32,000 bases of DNA, from positions 1,590,001 through 1,622,000 of the forward strand of contig NZ_AP012549.1 of the NCBI RefSeq assembly GCF_000829235.1, given 5' to 3'. A model generated the notes under the pieces. It did no database searches. It was not told where the DNA came from and worked only from the letters and a program-made list of their open reading frames with translations. Both the position numbers and the translations under genes were made by a program. Positions 10,093 to 20,900 of the stretch are shown here, one piece after another; within the stretch, counting starts at the first letter, position 1; every line of letters starts with the position of its first letter. The stretch is from a cyanobacterium endosymbiont of Epithemia turgida isolate EtSB Lake Yunoko (lineage in GTDB: Bacteria; Cyanobacteriota; Cyanobacteriia; Cyanobacteriales; Microcystaceae).

Positions 10093-10941
10093 ATGAACAT
10101 CTTACCTCATCGGCTAATTTTAGATCCACTACTTAACACATGGCTGCGAGAAGATGTGGGGCGAGGTGATCGCACCGCTCAAGGTTTATCTTTACAACAA
10201 TGGGGACAAGCGCAATGGTTAGCTAAAGAAACAGGAGTTATTGCAGGGATTCCCATAGCCGCTAGGGTATTTGAATTATTGAGCGATCAAGTTCAAGTCA
10301 ATTATGTGATTGCCGAGGGAAACCAGGTACAACCTTCACAAGTGATTACTACCTTTGACGGACCGTTGGATGTGCTATTGATGGGAGAAAGGGTCGCCTT
10401 AAATTTAGCAATGCGCCTAAGTGGAATTGCCACAGCTACCAAAAAGTACACAGAGGTAATCGCAGACCTTCCTACTCAATTGGTAGACACTCGTAAAACA
10501 ACCCCTGGCTTAAGAATTTTAGAAAAGTATGCCACTCGGGTTGGAGGAGCAATTAATCATCGTATGGGGTTAGATGATGCAGTAATGATCAAAGACAATC
10601 ACATCAAAGCAGCAGGGGGTATTAAACCAGCTATTGATAGCATTCGCCGGACTACACCTTACCCTCTCACTATAGAAGTAGAGACTACCACTCTAGAAGA
10701 AGTAAACCAAGCCCTAGAAGGTGCTGCTGATATCATTATGTTGGATAATATGGAATTAGCCTTAATGAGACAGGCGGTACAACTTATCCGTAATAACAAC
10801 GTTAAGGTAAAAATTGAAGCCTCAGGTAATGTTAGCTTAACAACCATTCGATCTGTAGCAGAAACGGGTGTTGATTATATTTCAAGTAGTGCACCCATTA
10901 CGCGATCACCCTGGTTGGATTTAAGTATGAGAGTCTTGTAA
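10093..10941 (+). CDS. nadC: Nicotinate-nucleotide pyrophosphorylase (carboxylating), quinolinate phosphoribosyltransferase
   Basis: 282-aa ORF with an ATG start and conserved NadC blocks (GERVALNLAMRLSGIAT, DTRKTTPGLRILEKYA, GGAINHRMGLDDAVMIKDNHI). Confidence 0.92.
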   Translation: MNILPHRLILDPLLNTWLREDVGRGDRTAQGLSLQQWGQAQWLAKETGVIAGIPIAARVFELLSDQVQVNYVIAEGNQVQPSQVITTFDGPLDVLLMGERVALNLAMRLSGIATATKKYTEVIADLPTQLVDTRKTTPGLRILEKYATRVGGAINHRMGLDDAVMIKDNHIKAAGGIKPAIDSIRRTTPYPLTIEVETTTLEEVNQALEGAADIIMLDNMELALMRQAVQLIRNNNVKVKIEASGNVSLTTIRSVAETGVDYISSSAPITRSPWLDLSMRVL

Positions 10942-10949
10942 AATTTTAA

Positions 10950-10976
10950 TTTTACAGTTGATAGTTAACTGTAAAA
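10950..10976 (+). terminator. 10-bp hairpin 9 nt after the nadC stop (putative terminator)
   Basis: TTTTACAGTT (10950-10959), loop GATAGTT, AACTGTAAAA (10967-10976). No clear U-tract. Confidence 0.35.
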
Positions 10977-11420
10977 GAGTACCCTTGAGACAAGTTTGTT
11001 GTGATCTAATCTCTTTTAAATCAGCTTGGGATCAATCGGCTCTTGATAATTTAGCATGGCTGAAATCGGACTCTTGTAGTGTTGTTTTCACTTAAAGATG
11101 CGCCTCTCAAGTCACGACCGCAAAATCAACTCTTGTTAAGTCCAAGTGACTAGGTCAAGTTCCTACCCAAAATACTAGCCAAGCTCAGATTACTCCCTTC
11201 AATATCTAAGAAAATTGTTCCGTACAAATCAGCATTACGACCGTTGACATTGGTCACACTAGTTTCTTGTAAACTAGTTTTGGACAGGTAAACTCCAACT
11301 CAATTAACTCCTAACTAATCGACTTTAATCAAATCAGTTCTAACAATATTTTTGATTTTAATATTACGAATATCATCTAAATTTAGAGTTTGATTTATGG
11401 TATTTTCTAGTAAAACTTTG
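10975..11420 (-). pseudogene. Decayed pentapeptide-repeat protein gene
   Basis: One minus-strand frame reads ...RTDLIKVD*LGVN*VGVYLSKTSLQETSVTNVNGRNADLYGTIFLDIEGSNLSLASILGRNLT*SLGLNKS*FCGRDLRGASLSENN... (the core maps to 11242 down to 11081). It shows 5-residue A(D/N)LXX-like periodicity, interrupted by at least five in-frame stops. Confidence 0.5.
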
Positions 11421-11543
11421 CAATAGATTTAACATTTAATCGAGTTGAGGTAGGAAGGAAAGAAAAAATTACTTATTAAATTCGATAGAATTAACATCGA
11501 GAGTGTCACCATTTTGAACAGATACATAGATCACGAAACTGTA

Positions 11544-12785
11544 ATGACTATAACCCCCATTTCTACCACTTCAACCACACGACCCCAATATCCTGATACT
11601 TTAGGACGTTTTGGCAGTTATGGTGGAAAGTATGTTCCCGAAACCTTAATGCCAGCCTTAAGTGAACTAGAAACTGCCTACAGTCACTACAAAGATGATC
11701 CCGACTTTCGAGAAGAATTAAATCAATTGTTACGAGACTATGTAGGAAGACCTAGTCCCCTCTACTTTGCTGAACACTTAACTACTTATTATCGTCATTC
11801 TGATGGTAATGGTCCTCAAATTTACCTAAAACGAGAAGATTTGAACCATACCGGAGCGCACAAAATTAATAATGCTCTGGGACAAGTGCTGTTAGCTAAA
11901 AGAATGAATAAAAAGCGCATTATTGCTGAAACAGGGGCGGGTCAACATGGAGTGGCGACCGCTACTGTTTGCGCCCGTTTTGGTCTAGAATGCGTAATTT
12001 ACATGGGTGTTCACGACATAGAACGTCAACAATTGAATGTTTTTCGCATGAATTTATTGGGGGCTACTGTAAAACCTGTTGAAGTGGGAACAGGAACTCT
12101 TAAAGATGCTACCTCACAAGCTATTAGAGATTGGGTAACAAATGTAGAAACAACCCATTACATTCTCGGATCAGTAGCTGGACCCCATCCCTACCCTATG
12201 ATGGTGCGTGATTTTCATCAAATTATTGGACAAGAAACCCGTCACCAAAGTTTAGAAAAATGGGGCGGTTTACCCGATATTCTTTTAGCTTGTGTAGGAG
12301 GTGGTTCTAATGCTATGGGACTATTTTATGAGTTCGTGGACGACCCCTCCGTTCGGTTAATTGGCATCGAAGCTGCAGGGGAAAGTATTGTGTCCGGAAA
12401 ACACGCTGCAACCTTAACAAAAGGTCGTCCGGGAGTTTTACATGGAGCCATGAGTTATCTTTTACAAGATGAAGATGGACAAGTGAGTGAAGCCCATTCT
12501 ATCAGTGCTGGATTAGATTATCCTGGGGTTGGTCCAGAACATAGTTATCTTAAAGATAGCCATCGCGCGGAATATTATAGTGTTACCGATGCGGAGGCAG
12601 TAGCAGCTTTTCAAAAGTTGTCTCAATTAGAAGGGATTATTCCCGCTTTGGAAACTTCTCACGCGATCGCCTATTTGGAAACTCTTTGTCTTCAATTGGA
12701 AGGCAGTCCTCGTATTATTATAAATTGTTCAGGGCGAGGAGATAAAGATGTACAAACGGTAGCTAAATATTTAAATAATGAATAA
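11544..12785 (+). CDS. trpB: Tryptophan synthase beta subunit
   Basis: Strong TrpB blocks ([46 protein letters not shown]). The track start at 11514 is TTG; I prefer the ATG at 11544 (MTITPIS...). Confidence 0.93.
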   Translation: MTITPISTTSTTRPQYPDTLGRFGSYGGKYVPETLMPALSELETAYSHYKDDPDFREELNQLLRDYVGRPSPLYFAEHLTTYYRHSDGNGPQIYLKREDLNHTGAHKINNALGQVLLAKRMNKKRIIAETGAGQHGVATATVCARFGLECVIYMGVHDIERQQLNVFRMNLLGATVKPVEVGTGTLKDATSQAIRDWVTNVETTHYILGSVAGPHPYPMMVRDFHQIIGQETRHQSLEKWGGLPDILLACVGGGSNAMGLFYEFVDDPSVRLIGIEAAGESIVSGKHAATLTKGRPGVLHGAMSYLLQDEDGQVSEAHSISAGLDYPGVGPEHSYLKDSHRAEYYSVTDAEAVAAFQKLSQLEGIIPALETSHAIAYLETLCLQLEGSPRIIINCSGRGDKDVQTVAKYLNNE

Positions 12786-12790
12786 TTAAC

Positions 12791-12846
12791 TATCATTCCA
12801 TTTATGTGTTATTTTCTCAATAAAATAACACATAAATGGAATGATA
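12791..12846 (+). other. 25-bp perfect hairpin starting 6 nt after the trpB stop
   Basis: TATCATTCCATTTATGTGTTATTTT (12791-12815), loop CTCAAT, AAAATAACACATAAATGGAATGATA (12822-12846). No U-tract follows, so this is possibly an RNA-stabilising or processing element rather than the terminator. Confidence 0.5.
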
Positions 12847-12943
12847 ATTGAGGCTTAGAAGAATATCAATAGCCACAAGAAGTAAACTCAGAGACTTTTC
12901 TTAAGCGAAATATTAAGTGAAGTGCGTTATATAAATAATAACT

Positions 12944-12996
12944 TTTTGGTAGTTTATTTCCTTGCTTTCTCCCCTAAACTACCAAAATATTTTTTT
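12944..12996 (+). terminator. Intrinsic terminator-like hairpin plus T7 tract downstream of trpB
   Basis: TTTTGGTAGTTTA (12944-12956) pairs with TAAACTACCAAAA (12975-12987), with an 18-nt loop, followed by TATTTTTTT (T-run 12990-12996). Confidence 0.6.
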
Positions 12997-13389
12997 AGGT
13001 AATTGACGCTTTGCTAAGAACTTGAATATCAGTAGATAACACTATATTAATAACTATAGAGGAATAGGTAAACTGTCAACTTATACTAAAAAAATTATAA
13101 GATTCTCTAGCCTAAGAAGTTCATAAAAAGCTTAAAAATCAATAGAGATATTAGTTAGTTTATTTTTTATAAAAGTTATTCAATCTCTTTTTAGCTTTTT
13201 TAATTTGCAAGTCCATTAACTTCATATAGCTATCACTTTTCAAACTATTTAAGACTAATTTAGATTAAAAATTTTTTCTCTGTTTATAATAAACTACATA
13301 TATAGAACATTTTCTCTTTTATCTGGGTCCGTTCAATTCTTATTTGTTTTCATTTTTTGGTGACAGTTTATGTCTTCATAGATTACTAA

Positions 13390-14160
13390 ATAAATAAATC
13401 ACTTTATTGGTAGCCTGCTGTATTGAGACCTCTATAATTTTGGTATTCTTGAACGCGTAAATATTCTTTATTTTTTGACTAAGAGTTGTTAATGAAGTTT
13501 CAATCAGGAGAATAAGAAAATCAAATGCGACTTATACTCCTATGGATTCCATTACTTTTCTTACTTTTGTAGCTGTATAAGACGGTAAATTATCTATGAC
13601 CAAACAAGCTCTTAGTCAAATTTATAGTATCAGTATTTCTATTTTAGAAGTGAGAAAAACTTTTTTATTTGTCCATCGCTCAAAAGTAAAAGGGACTAAA
13701 AAACTCGATGTGACGAGTGATCCAATTAATATAATATTTTTTTCTGAATTATTGGGACATTTTGTATAAGCTCATTTTCCTTTAGTTGCCCTGGTATACT
13801 TACGAGTGATAGCTAGTGCAACTCCGGTTTTATCAATAAAAACTAGGTCTGAAAGTTTGAGGTATCTAAGTTTGGTTAAAATATTTCTGTTTCAAGATTT
13901 AACGCCTACTTGTGTAATCTTCCAAGGCATGAAGTATTTTTCTGGGTTAACTTAAATGTTTGAATTGAACAACAAACGAGATGAGTATTAACTTTAACAT
14001 TTTTTTTCCTTATAGACGAGAATTTAGTTCTTTTAGGGTACCATCGTTGTGGTTCTCAATTGTTCTATAACATCAAGTAGCGGTTATTTTACTTCAATTG
14101 AAGGATATGTTCCTTAGCTATGAGCAATGGAGTGCCGCTTTATTTTTTTGTGCAACTAGT
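13390..14160 (-). mobile_element. Heavily decayed IS630/Tc1-mariner-family transposase relic
   Basis: Minus-strand frames give NDGTLKELNSRL, KTGVALAITRKYTRATKGK, and FSYSPD*NFINNS*SKNKEYLR (compare the canonical LPPYSPDLNPIE..W..LK..LR). There are many stops and frameshifts. I could not define terminal inverted repeats. Confidence 0.6.
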
Positions 14161-14260
14161 GTTTTTGGGGTATTTTAAACTTAATCTATCCAAATAAAAA
14201 TCGCTATTAAATAGCAATTTTCTTTAACTTTCACACCATTGCTGACAATCTAATCACACT

Positions 14261-14296
14261 AGCTCTATGTTTTCTTAAAGGAGAAAACATAGAGCT
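14261..14296. other. 14-bp perfect hairpin in the spacer
   Basis: AGCTCTATGTTTTC (14261-14274) pairs with GAAAACATAGAGCT (14283-14296). No adjacent gene or U-tract. Confidence 0.35.
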
Positions 14297-15465
14297 TTAC
14301 TTAGATAAAATAAACTTTTTTTCTGCTCCGGACTGAAAAATACTCTTAAATGAGGAGATGACATTAGTTAATCAAAATTTTATAGCTAAGTCTGTTAACT
14401 TGCTGTGGAACCTTGTTTACGGTGGTTACTTTTGAAGGCATAATGCCCATTAACATAGTGCTTCTTATTTATCTCAAACTACATCAACTTAAGATCAAAG
14501 GCAAAGGATATCACTTAGATAAGGACTAAGCATAGATAGGATTATGCTGTAAACTAGAACATAGAGTAACTGATTCAGAGTCATTATTTGTTCTATTTTT
14601 GATATTTAACTTAGTACCAGGATGATTATCGCATTTTAAATCAATCTTTCAGTCTGGAATTATTTTTAATAAAATCAACATTTTCTGTATTATTATTTTA
14701 ACCTAAGATATTCTAGGTTTTTGAATTATTCAATTTATTTCTATAGTTTATGTGAATTTAAGGATACTTAAGATAATTGTTTTATATTCACGATATGAAA
14801 TCATAAATAAATCTCATGGAATACCTGTTGGCTGAGATAAGATTATTTAGGATTGTTCTAATTTTTCTCTATACTCATAATTAACTAATCGAATTTATTA
14901 ATAAAAATTTAGAAAATTTTTCAAGCGAGTTATTGCTAATTGAAACCAGATATTTTGTTATTTTTAACTGAAAATCAAAGTCTTACTTAAAATAGTAACA
15001 ATCTAAGGCTACATAAAAAATACCCAATTTAATAAATAATCAAAAATTTTTAAAAAATTAAATTGATAATTTTTGTATAAACTAATTAACCAATCACCTG
15101 AATTATTAAAACAATCGAATAAGTCATCTATCATTTGTGGATAATGTACCAATTAAATGGCGTCTTAAATTAGTATTATTTTTTTAACAGTTAAATTTTT
15201 TGATAGTATTTAATGACAGACTGTTAATTGTCTACTTGATCCATCTTTCCCAATTGATAAACTCCTAATCTAGGATATTCGTGAATTATTCGGTTGAACT
15301 CCTGATTCTACAATGACTTGGGATTATATTTGTTCTTTGTCTTCTTTCTTACTAAGAACAAACAAATAAAGCTAGGTTAGACTTAACAGAAGTCCTCTTG
15401 CAAAATTTGAAGATCACCAAAAGATGCCATAATGAATTCTGGGTTAATTTAAGAGGAAACTAACC

Positions 15466-17292
15466 ATGCGACTGTCTCAAATGCTTTTTGTTACTCTAAG
15501 GGAAGATCCTGCCGAAGCAGAAATTCCTAGTCATAAACTGCTATTGAGAGCGGGATACATCCGTCGCATTGGTAGTGGAATTTATACCTATTTACCACTG
15601 ATGTGGCGGGTTTTACAAAAGGTATCCCAAATTATTCGTGAAGAAATGAACGTTGTCAACGCTCAAGAATGTTTACTTCCTCAACTGCAACCGGCAGACT
15701 TATGGCGAGAGTCAGGTCGATGGGAAACCTATACTAAAGCAGAAGGGATTATGTTTTCTTTGGTCGATAGACGACAAATACAATTAGGACTAGGACCAAC
15801 TCATGAAGAAGTAATCACTACTCTTGCTAAGGACATGATCCATTCCTATCGTCAATTACCTGTCAATTTATACCAAATTCAAACTAAATTTCGTGACGAA
15901 ATTCGTCCCCGTTTTGGGTTAATGCGGGGACGGGAATTTATTATGAAGGATGGCTATTCTTTCCACACTTCTCCTAAAAGTCTTCAAGAAACCTACGAAG
16001 CTATGGACCAAGCTTATCGGAACATAATTCATCGTTGTGGCTTAGCCTTTAGACCTGTACAAGCAGATTCAGGAGTGATTGGGGGAGCAGCCTCTCAAGA
16101 ATTTATGATCCTTGCTGAAGTAGGGGAAGATCAAATCTTTTATACCGAAGATGGAAAATATGCAGCTAATATAGAAAAAGCGGTATCTTTACCTCTTGAT
16201 GCGGAAACATCTCCTTTTGCCAAATCAGAGAGACGAGAAACTCCAGCAACCGACACTATAGAGAAACTCTGTAAATTCTTAAAATGCTCCCCCACAGTGA
16301 TAGTAAAAAATGTCCTCTATGAAGTTTTGTATGATAGTGGAAAGACTGTTATAGTGTTGATTGCAATTCGTGGAGATCACGATGTAAACGAAGTTAAGTT
16401 AAAAAATGAATTAGCAACATTTGCTCCTCAATATCAAGGAAGTGTAGTTTTAGATTTAGAAATTTCTAATAAAACATCACAACAAAAATGGGCAACTAAA
16501 CCCTTACCATTAGGATATATTGCTCCCGATCTAGAAGACAATTATATCGGTAATAGCAAAGATTATGCCCCGGAATTATTGAGAATAGTGGATAAAACTG
16601 TTATAGATTTGAAAAACTTTATCACGGGGGCTAATAAGAATGGATATCATCACATAGGAGCTAATTGGGATAAAGAGTTTAAGTTGCCGAAAGTAGTAGT
16701 AGATGTAAGAACAGCTATGGTGGGTGACCGCGCGGTTCATGATCCCAAACAAACTCTAAAAACCGCTAGAGGGATTGAAGTCGGACATATTTTCCAATTA
16801 GGAACAAAATATTCCCGAGCAATGGGGGCAACCTTTACCAATGAAAAGGGAGAAGAACAGCCCTTAGTTATGGGATGTTACGGAGTAGGAGTTTCTCGTT
16901 TAGCTCAAGCGGCTGTGGAACAGTCTTATGATAAGGATGGAATTGTTTGGCCGGTTGCAATCGCCCCATACCATGTAATCGTAGTTATTCCCAATATTAA
17001 TGATTACAAACAAATAGAAGTGGCTAATAAACTTTATAATGAGTTGAACCAAGCAGGGGTAGAAACCCTCTTAGATGACAGAAATGAACGGGCTGGAGTT
17101 AAATTTAAAGATGCGGAGTTAATTGGTATTCCCTATCGTATTGTGACAGGACGATCACTCAAATCTGGTAAGGTAGAAGTGGTGGAACGGGCGAGAAAAA
17201 TCTCTCGAGAGATAGCTATTGAGGAAGTCGTAGTTATCTTGAAACAATGGGTCACTAAAATGGGAACACAACCACAACAAGCAACAAAATAA
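15466..17292 (+). CDS. proS: Prolyl-tRNA synthetase (bacterial type with editing-domain insertion)
   Basis: 608-aa ORF with an ATG start, the N-terminus [34 protein letters not shown] and class-II motifs ([30 protein letters not shown]). Confidence 0.95.
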   Translation: MRLSQMLFVTLREDPAEAEIPSHKLLLRAGYIRRIGSGIYTYLPLMWRVLQKVSQIIREEMNVVNAQECLLPQLQPADLWRESGRWETYTKAEGIMFSLVDRRQIQLGLGPTHEEVITTLAKDMIHSYRQLPVNLYQIQTKFRDEIRPRFGLMRGREFIMKDGYSFHTSPKSLQETYEAMDQAYRNIIHRCGLAFRPVQADSGVIGGAASQEFMILAEVGEDQIFYTEDGKYAANIEKAVSLPLDAETSPFAKSERRETPATDTIEKLCKFLKCSPTVIVKNVLYEVLYDSGKTVIVLIAIRGDHDVNEVKLKNELATFAPQYQGSVVLDLEISNKTSQQKWATKPLPLGYIAPDLEDNYIGNSKDYAPELLRIVDKTVIDLKNFITGANKNGYHHIGANWDKEFKLPKVVVDVRTAMVGDRAVHDPKQTLKTARGIEVGHIFQLGTKYSRAMGATFTNEKGEEQPLVMGCYGVGVSRLAQAAVEQSYDKDGIVWPVAIAPYHVIVVIPNINDYKQIEVANKLYNELNQAGVETLLDDRNERAGVKFKDAELIGIPYRIVTGRSLKSGKVEVVERARKISREIAIEEVVVILKQWVTKMGTQPQQATK

Positions 17293-17768
17293 GATTTATC
17301 CTCCTATAAAGAGATAATATTAAAATTGTGACTTCATTACCGTCAATGTGCGTTGCGGTTTATTTTTCAGTTCTTCTAACTTCATCTAAATTAATAAATT
17401 TTTGGTAAGAACTGCGCTTAACACTTTTGCTTAAAAGTATAAATAGTGCCGATAACTGTTATTGGTTGATTGTGAACGAGTCGCAGTTTCTTCAAAGATT
17501 TTAGCTTTTCTAGACTAGTTATGACAAAATCATTATCAAAAAAATTGGAAGTACTGCTTTGCAAGGTTTCTATAACTCCGAAAACTTAATTTTAATGGAT
17601 ATCAAGTCTTCGGAGTTATAGAATGCAGTTAAAACAAGAATTTTATAAATTATTAATTGCTCATTCATAATACTCGGTCTAGAAGAGACTAAGATTTTTC
17701 CCATGATCAAGCAATTGTGCTGAGCAGCAATGTGAACGTATTGTAATTTATTATTTAATTTTTCCATT

Positions 17769-17820
17769 AAATACAGTAAATCCTTTGGCTAAAGGATTTA
17801 CTGTATTTTGTTTAATTTAT
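17769..17820 (+). terminator. Canonical intrinsic terminator not adjacent to any called gene (about 480 nt downstream of proS)
   Basis: AAATACAGTAAATCCTTT (17769-17786), loop GGCT, AAAGGATTTACTGTATTT (17791-17808), then a T-rich tail TGTTTAATTTAT. Polarity is plus strand. Confidence 0.6.
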
Positions 17821-18139
17821 AACATTTTTTTTGCTAAGTTAAAAGTTAACCCCACATTCTAAACTTTAATTTTTAGACAATTGAAAAACAGATATATCTC
17901 TATGGTAATAATTAACATTGAAGAAAAAATTTTAATGAGCATCAAGAATTGTGTTAGTTAACCCTTTGGCTAAAGCCAATTTACATTTCCACAAAGTTTT
18001 TTGAGACAAATTACACTCAATTACTTCTTTAGACCAAGGTTATTTTTTAAAAAAGCTTCAAATTTGATTATAATTTTTAATATAAATTGATTAATTAATG
18101 ATAAGGTATTTACTTTTTTTGACATAAACAAACAACTAT

Positions 18140-18820
18140 TTTAATTAAATTAAAATAGTTATAACAAGAAATTTTCAATCATACCAGTAGCTTCAATTTG
18201 CCTGGCAACGTAAATCTAGTTCTATCAAATCTTCAAAAACTTTGACCTAAGATTACCAATAAACTTGTCATTTTTCCGTCATTACTGGTTTAACGTTTAA
18301 CCATTGCCATTGAGGAATTTTCTAAATACCTACTTCATCAGGAATTGGAAGTCGAGAACCCACTGGACTTATATCTCCTTCAAAAACACCCCAGAGCTGG
18401 GACAATTCTTCTAAACTGGTACATCGTAAAAGTTTTACAACTTTCGTACGTTCATTATTTTTAAAATCGCTCCCTGTACTTCGTTATAAATTTTATGTTT
18501 GTGAGCTTCTGTATTTATATATGTAGAGCGAATTTTTATCGTTTTAAAGCGGGTTTCCCACCATCCATAAGAAATTTGTTTGAAAAAGATTGCTCCTGGA
18601 ATATCGATTTCAATGGCAATAAAAATGGGGATTAATAATGCCCCAGTAATTACCCATTCCACTAGACCACCCCAAATATCATATCAATAGAGCGTTTAAT
18701 CCAAGAACTGACTGAAGAAGAGAATTTAAGAAGTTGTAGATTATTCGTCGAGGATATCGACCTTTTCTTTATATCCAGGGTTTTGATAATCAGGAAAACC
18801 TTCATCGAGTGCTGTCATGG
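18140..18820 (-). pseudogene. Decayed bacterial sugar transferase (undecaprenyl-phosphate glycosyl-1-phosphate transferase family)
   Basis: Minus-strand fragments lie in three frames: WIKRSIDMIFGVV; LLIPIFIAIEIDIPGAIFFKQISYGWWETRFKTIKIRS (inside the 75-codon ORF 18435-18662); and SLEELSQLWGVFEGDISPVGSRLPIPDEVG (18417 down to 18325; compare the family block SLDELPQL.NVL.GDMSLVGPRP). Multiple stops and frameshifts. Confidence 0.7.
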
Positions 18821-19262
18821 ACAAAACTAGCATAATAGGGAGATAGAGATGATACAAAACTATACTATTGTAAAGTTATAACTTTTAAATATTGTAAAGT
18901 TATAAATTAATGCTACAAATCAACTATTATCAATAAATTGAGTCTTAGTAAAATTGAAAATTAATTGAATTGTCGGGTAACGAGACTATTATAAAATCAT
19001 TAATGACAAATGTCTTAAATACCCCTGCTTCGAGAACTGTCAATCTCAGGGGCATCTGCATCATTGGCTGATTGTCAACAACAACAATTAGAAACTTTAT
19101 TTCTAGTATCTGGCGAGTCACATATAACAATCAAAAATTACAAGTAAGAGGTCACTGAATTTTACGTCTTTGGTAAATTATGAAAGTAGGAATTGGCTTA
19201 ATTTATTTTATTTGTTGTAAAACTGTTAAGACAAAAATCTTAATAGTGTTAATAATCTCTTA

Positions 19263-19913
19263 TTAAAGACTAGGACGTTGAATTGGGTTTTGCTGCATTT
19301 TAGCTTTTGCTTTGGCTGCACTTTTTCTGAGAGCTTGGAGACGAGTTTCATATCGTTTGCGTTGACGACGGTTTGGGGTTTGCTCAATGAGAGTTTTTAA
19401 AGCACTACCAAGACTTTTATAGGCATTGGGTAGGGAATACCCGAAACGGGTTGCTAAGGTGATTGCTTTTTCATCTGCATCAAGGGATTCTCGGAGTTTC
19501 CGTTCACCGTTATTTTTCTGCCAGAGTCGATAGCCAGAAATTCCGCATAAAGCAACGGCTAACAAGAGTAGTAAACCATCTTGTACCCAAAGTTCGCCAA
19601 CTGCTCCCCCTAAACCAATAGCCAGAGCAGCCATTTCCCACCCTTCTCTGGGAATTGTGTCATTTTGAATTCGGGCAACTTCATGCCAAAAGAGTAGATT
19701 ACGCTGGTCAATGGAGAATTTTTCCCATTGAATCAGATCAACTTGTATTTCGACTTCATCTTTTCCAAGTTCTTCACAGCGAAGCAGAGAAGGATTGACT
19801 TCAGTGCTACCTTCGACCATGACCCAACTTTGCAATTCTGGTGGTAATAAGGTTTTAAGCCGTCGAAGTTCACTCATTTCTGCTCTGGCAGATGAAGCTA
19901 CGTAGGATGTCAT
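19263..19913 (-). CDS. Conserved hypothetical membrane protein (cyanobacteria-restricted family, DUF3318-like by recollection)
   Basis: 216-aa ORF with two central hydrophobic segments (AALAIGLGGAVGELW, LLLLLAVALCGISGY) and a basic C-terminal tail. It lies 121 bp downstream of tauE on the same strand. The family name comes from memory only. Confidence 0.7.
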   Translation of the reverse strand: MTSYVASSARAEMSELRRLKTLLPPELQSWVMVEGSTEVNPSLLRCEELGKDEVEIQVDLIQWEKFSIDQRNLLFWHEVARIQNDTIPREGWEMAALAIGLGGAVGELWVQDGLLLLLAVALCGISGYRLWQKNNGERKLRESLDADEKAITLATRFGYSLPNAYKSLGSALKTLIEQTPNRRQRKRYETRLQALRKSAAKAKAKMQQNPIQRPSL

Positions 19914-20034
19914 AGGATTGTTTATGTTAATTAATTATACTATTACAATGATGTTATCTTTGATTGTAGCAATGCCAAATATTAGAGTTCATTGCTTCTA
20001 TCATAATTTGAGTTTAAGTTTCACCTAAAACCAA

Positions 20035-20841
20035 TCAACCGGGTGAAACACCTAATTGTTGGATGAGAATAAAGACTGCTACGACAATTAAGAAATAACC
20101 AAATCCTTTTTCCAGTTGTTTAGCTTGAACATATTGAGATAAATAGGCCCCGAAAAAGGTCCCGAAACTTGCTACTAGGGTAAATGAGGCCATTAAACTC
20201 CAATCAAGAGGGACTTTACCCACATATCCTAAAAATCCAGCTATTCCATTTAAAGAAATAATTACTAAGGAGGTTCCAATAGCCTCTTTGATAGGGGTAT
20301 TCCCTAATAAAACTAAGGCTGGAACGATAACAAACCCTCCCCCAACTCCCACTAGTCCGATCAAAATCCCAATGCCTAACCCTTCTAAGACCAACCAAGG
20401 CCAACTATATCGATAGACTGGTTGAACCTTCTGATTAGAGTCAGTCTTTTCTTTAAAAAGAGATGAAGGGGGTGAGATATTTTTCCGAATGATTAAAACG
20501 GCTGCTAAGATCATCATTATGACAAATAGTAGCAGTTGAATTTTTTCTGTAATAAAGGGAAGAATGGCTAAATTAGCTCCTGCAAAAGCCCCCAACATGG
20601 TGGCTTTCCCAAATAAAAATACTTTTTTAAGATTCACATTCCCTTTACGCCAGTGGGGAATTGCCCCGATGATGCTGACGATACCCACAATAACTAAAGT
20701 CATGGCAATTGCGCTTTTGGGGGGAATTCCCATAACATAGACTAAAATGGGTAGGGTAAGAACTGAACCTCCTCCCCCTAATAATCCTAGACTAATCCCA
20801 ATACAACCAGCCAGCAGATGTCCAATAATTTGTATCAACAT
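20035..20841 (-). CDS. TauE/SafE (DUF81) family sulfite/anion exporter
   Basis: 268-aa polytopic ORF with the duplicated glycine-rich motifs typical of the family (LGLLGGGGSVLTLP, GLVGVGGGFVIVP). Confidence 0.88.
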   Translation of the reverse strand: MLIQIIGHLLAGCIGISLGLLGGGGSVLTLPILVYVMGIPPKSAIAMTLVIVGIVSIIGAIPHWRKGNVNLKKVFLFGKATMLGAFAGANLAILPFITEKIQLLLFVIMMILAAVLIIRKNISPPSSLFKEKTDSNQKVQPVYRYSWPWLVLEGLGIGILIGLVGVGGGFVIVPALVLLGNTPIKEAIGTSLVIISLNGIAGFLGYVGKVPLDWSLMASFTLVASFGTFFGAYLSQYVQAKQLEKGFGYFLIVVAVFILIQQLGVSPG

Positions 20842-20900
20842 ATCAACAATTATATTTTCATATAGTTAACGATTAGGAAACAAAAGACATAATGCAACAA

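Noticed and set aside
10659-10847. 62-codon minus-strand ORF
   Set aside because: Lies entirely antisense within the well-supported nadC.
6675-12846. The idea that the cnfR and trpB 3' hairpins belong to one repeat family, because both begin TATCATT and end AATGATA
   Set aside because: The remainder of the stems is unrelated. TATCATT also occurs elsewhere in the window (for example 15129, 21511, 27275), so the shared termini are probably a composition effect.
18435-18662. 75-codon ORF as an independent gene
   Set aside because: It is an internal fragment of the decayed sugar transferase. Flanking family blocks lie in other frames.
18945-19130. 61-codon minus-strand ORF
   Set aside because: No motif, AT-rich, and no ribosome-binding context. 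Probably a chance ORF.
20216-20404. 62-codon minus-strand ORF
   Set aside because: Alternative frame inside the TauE gene, with no independent support.
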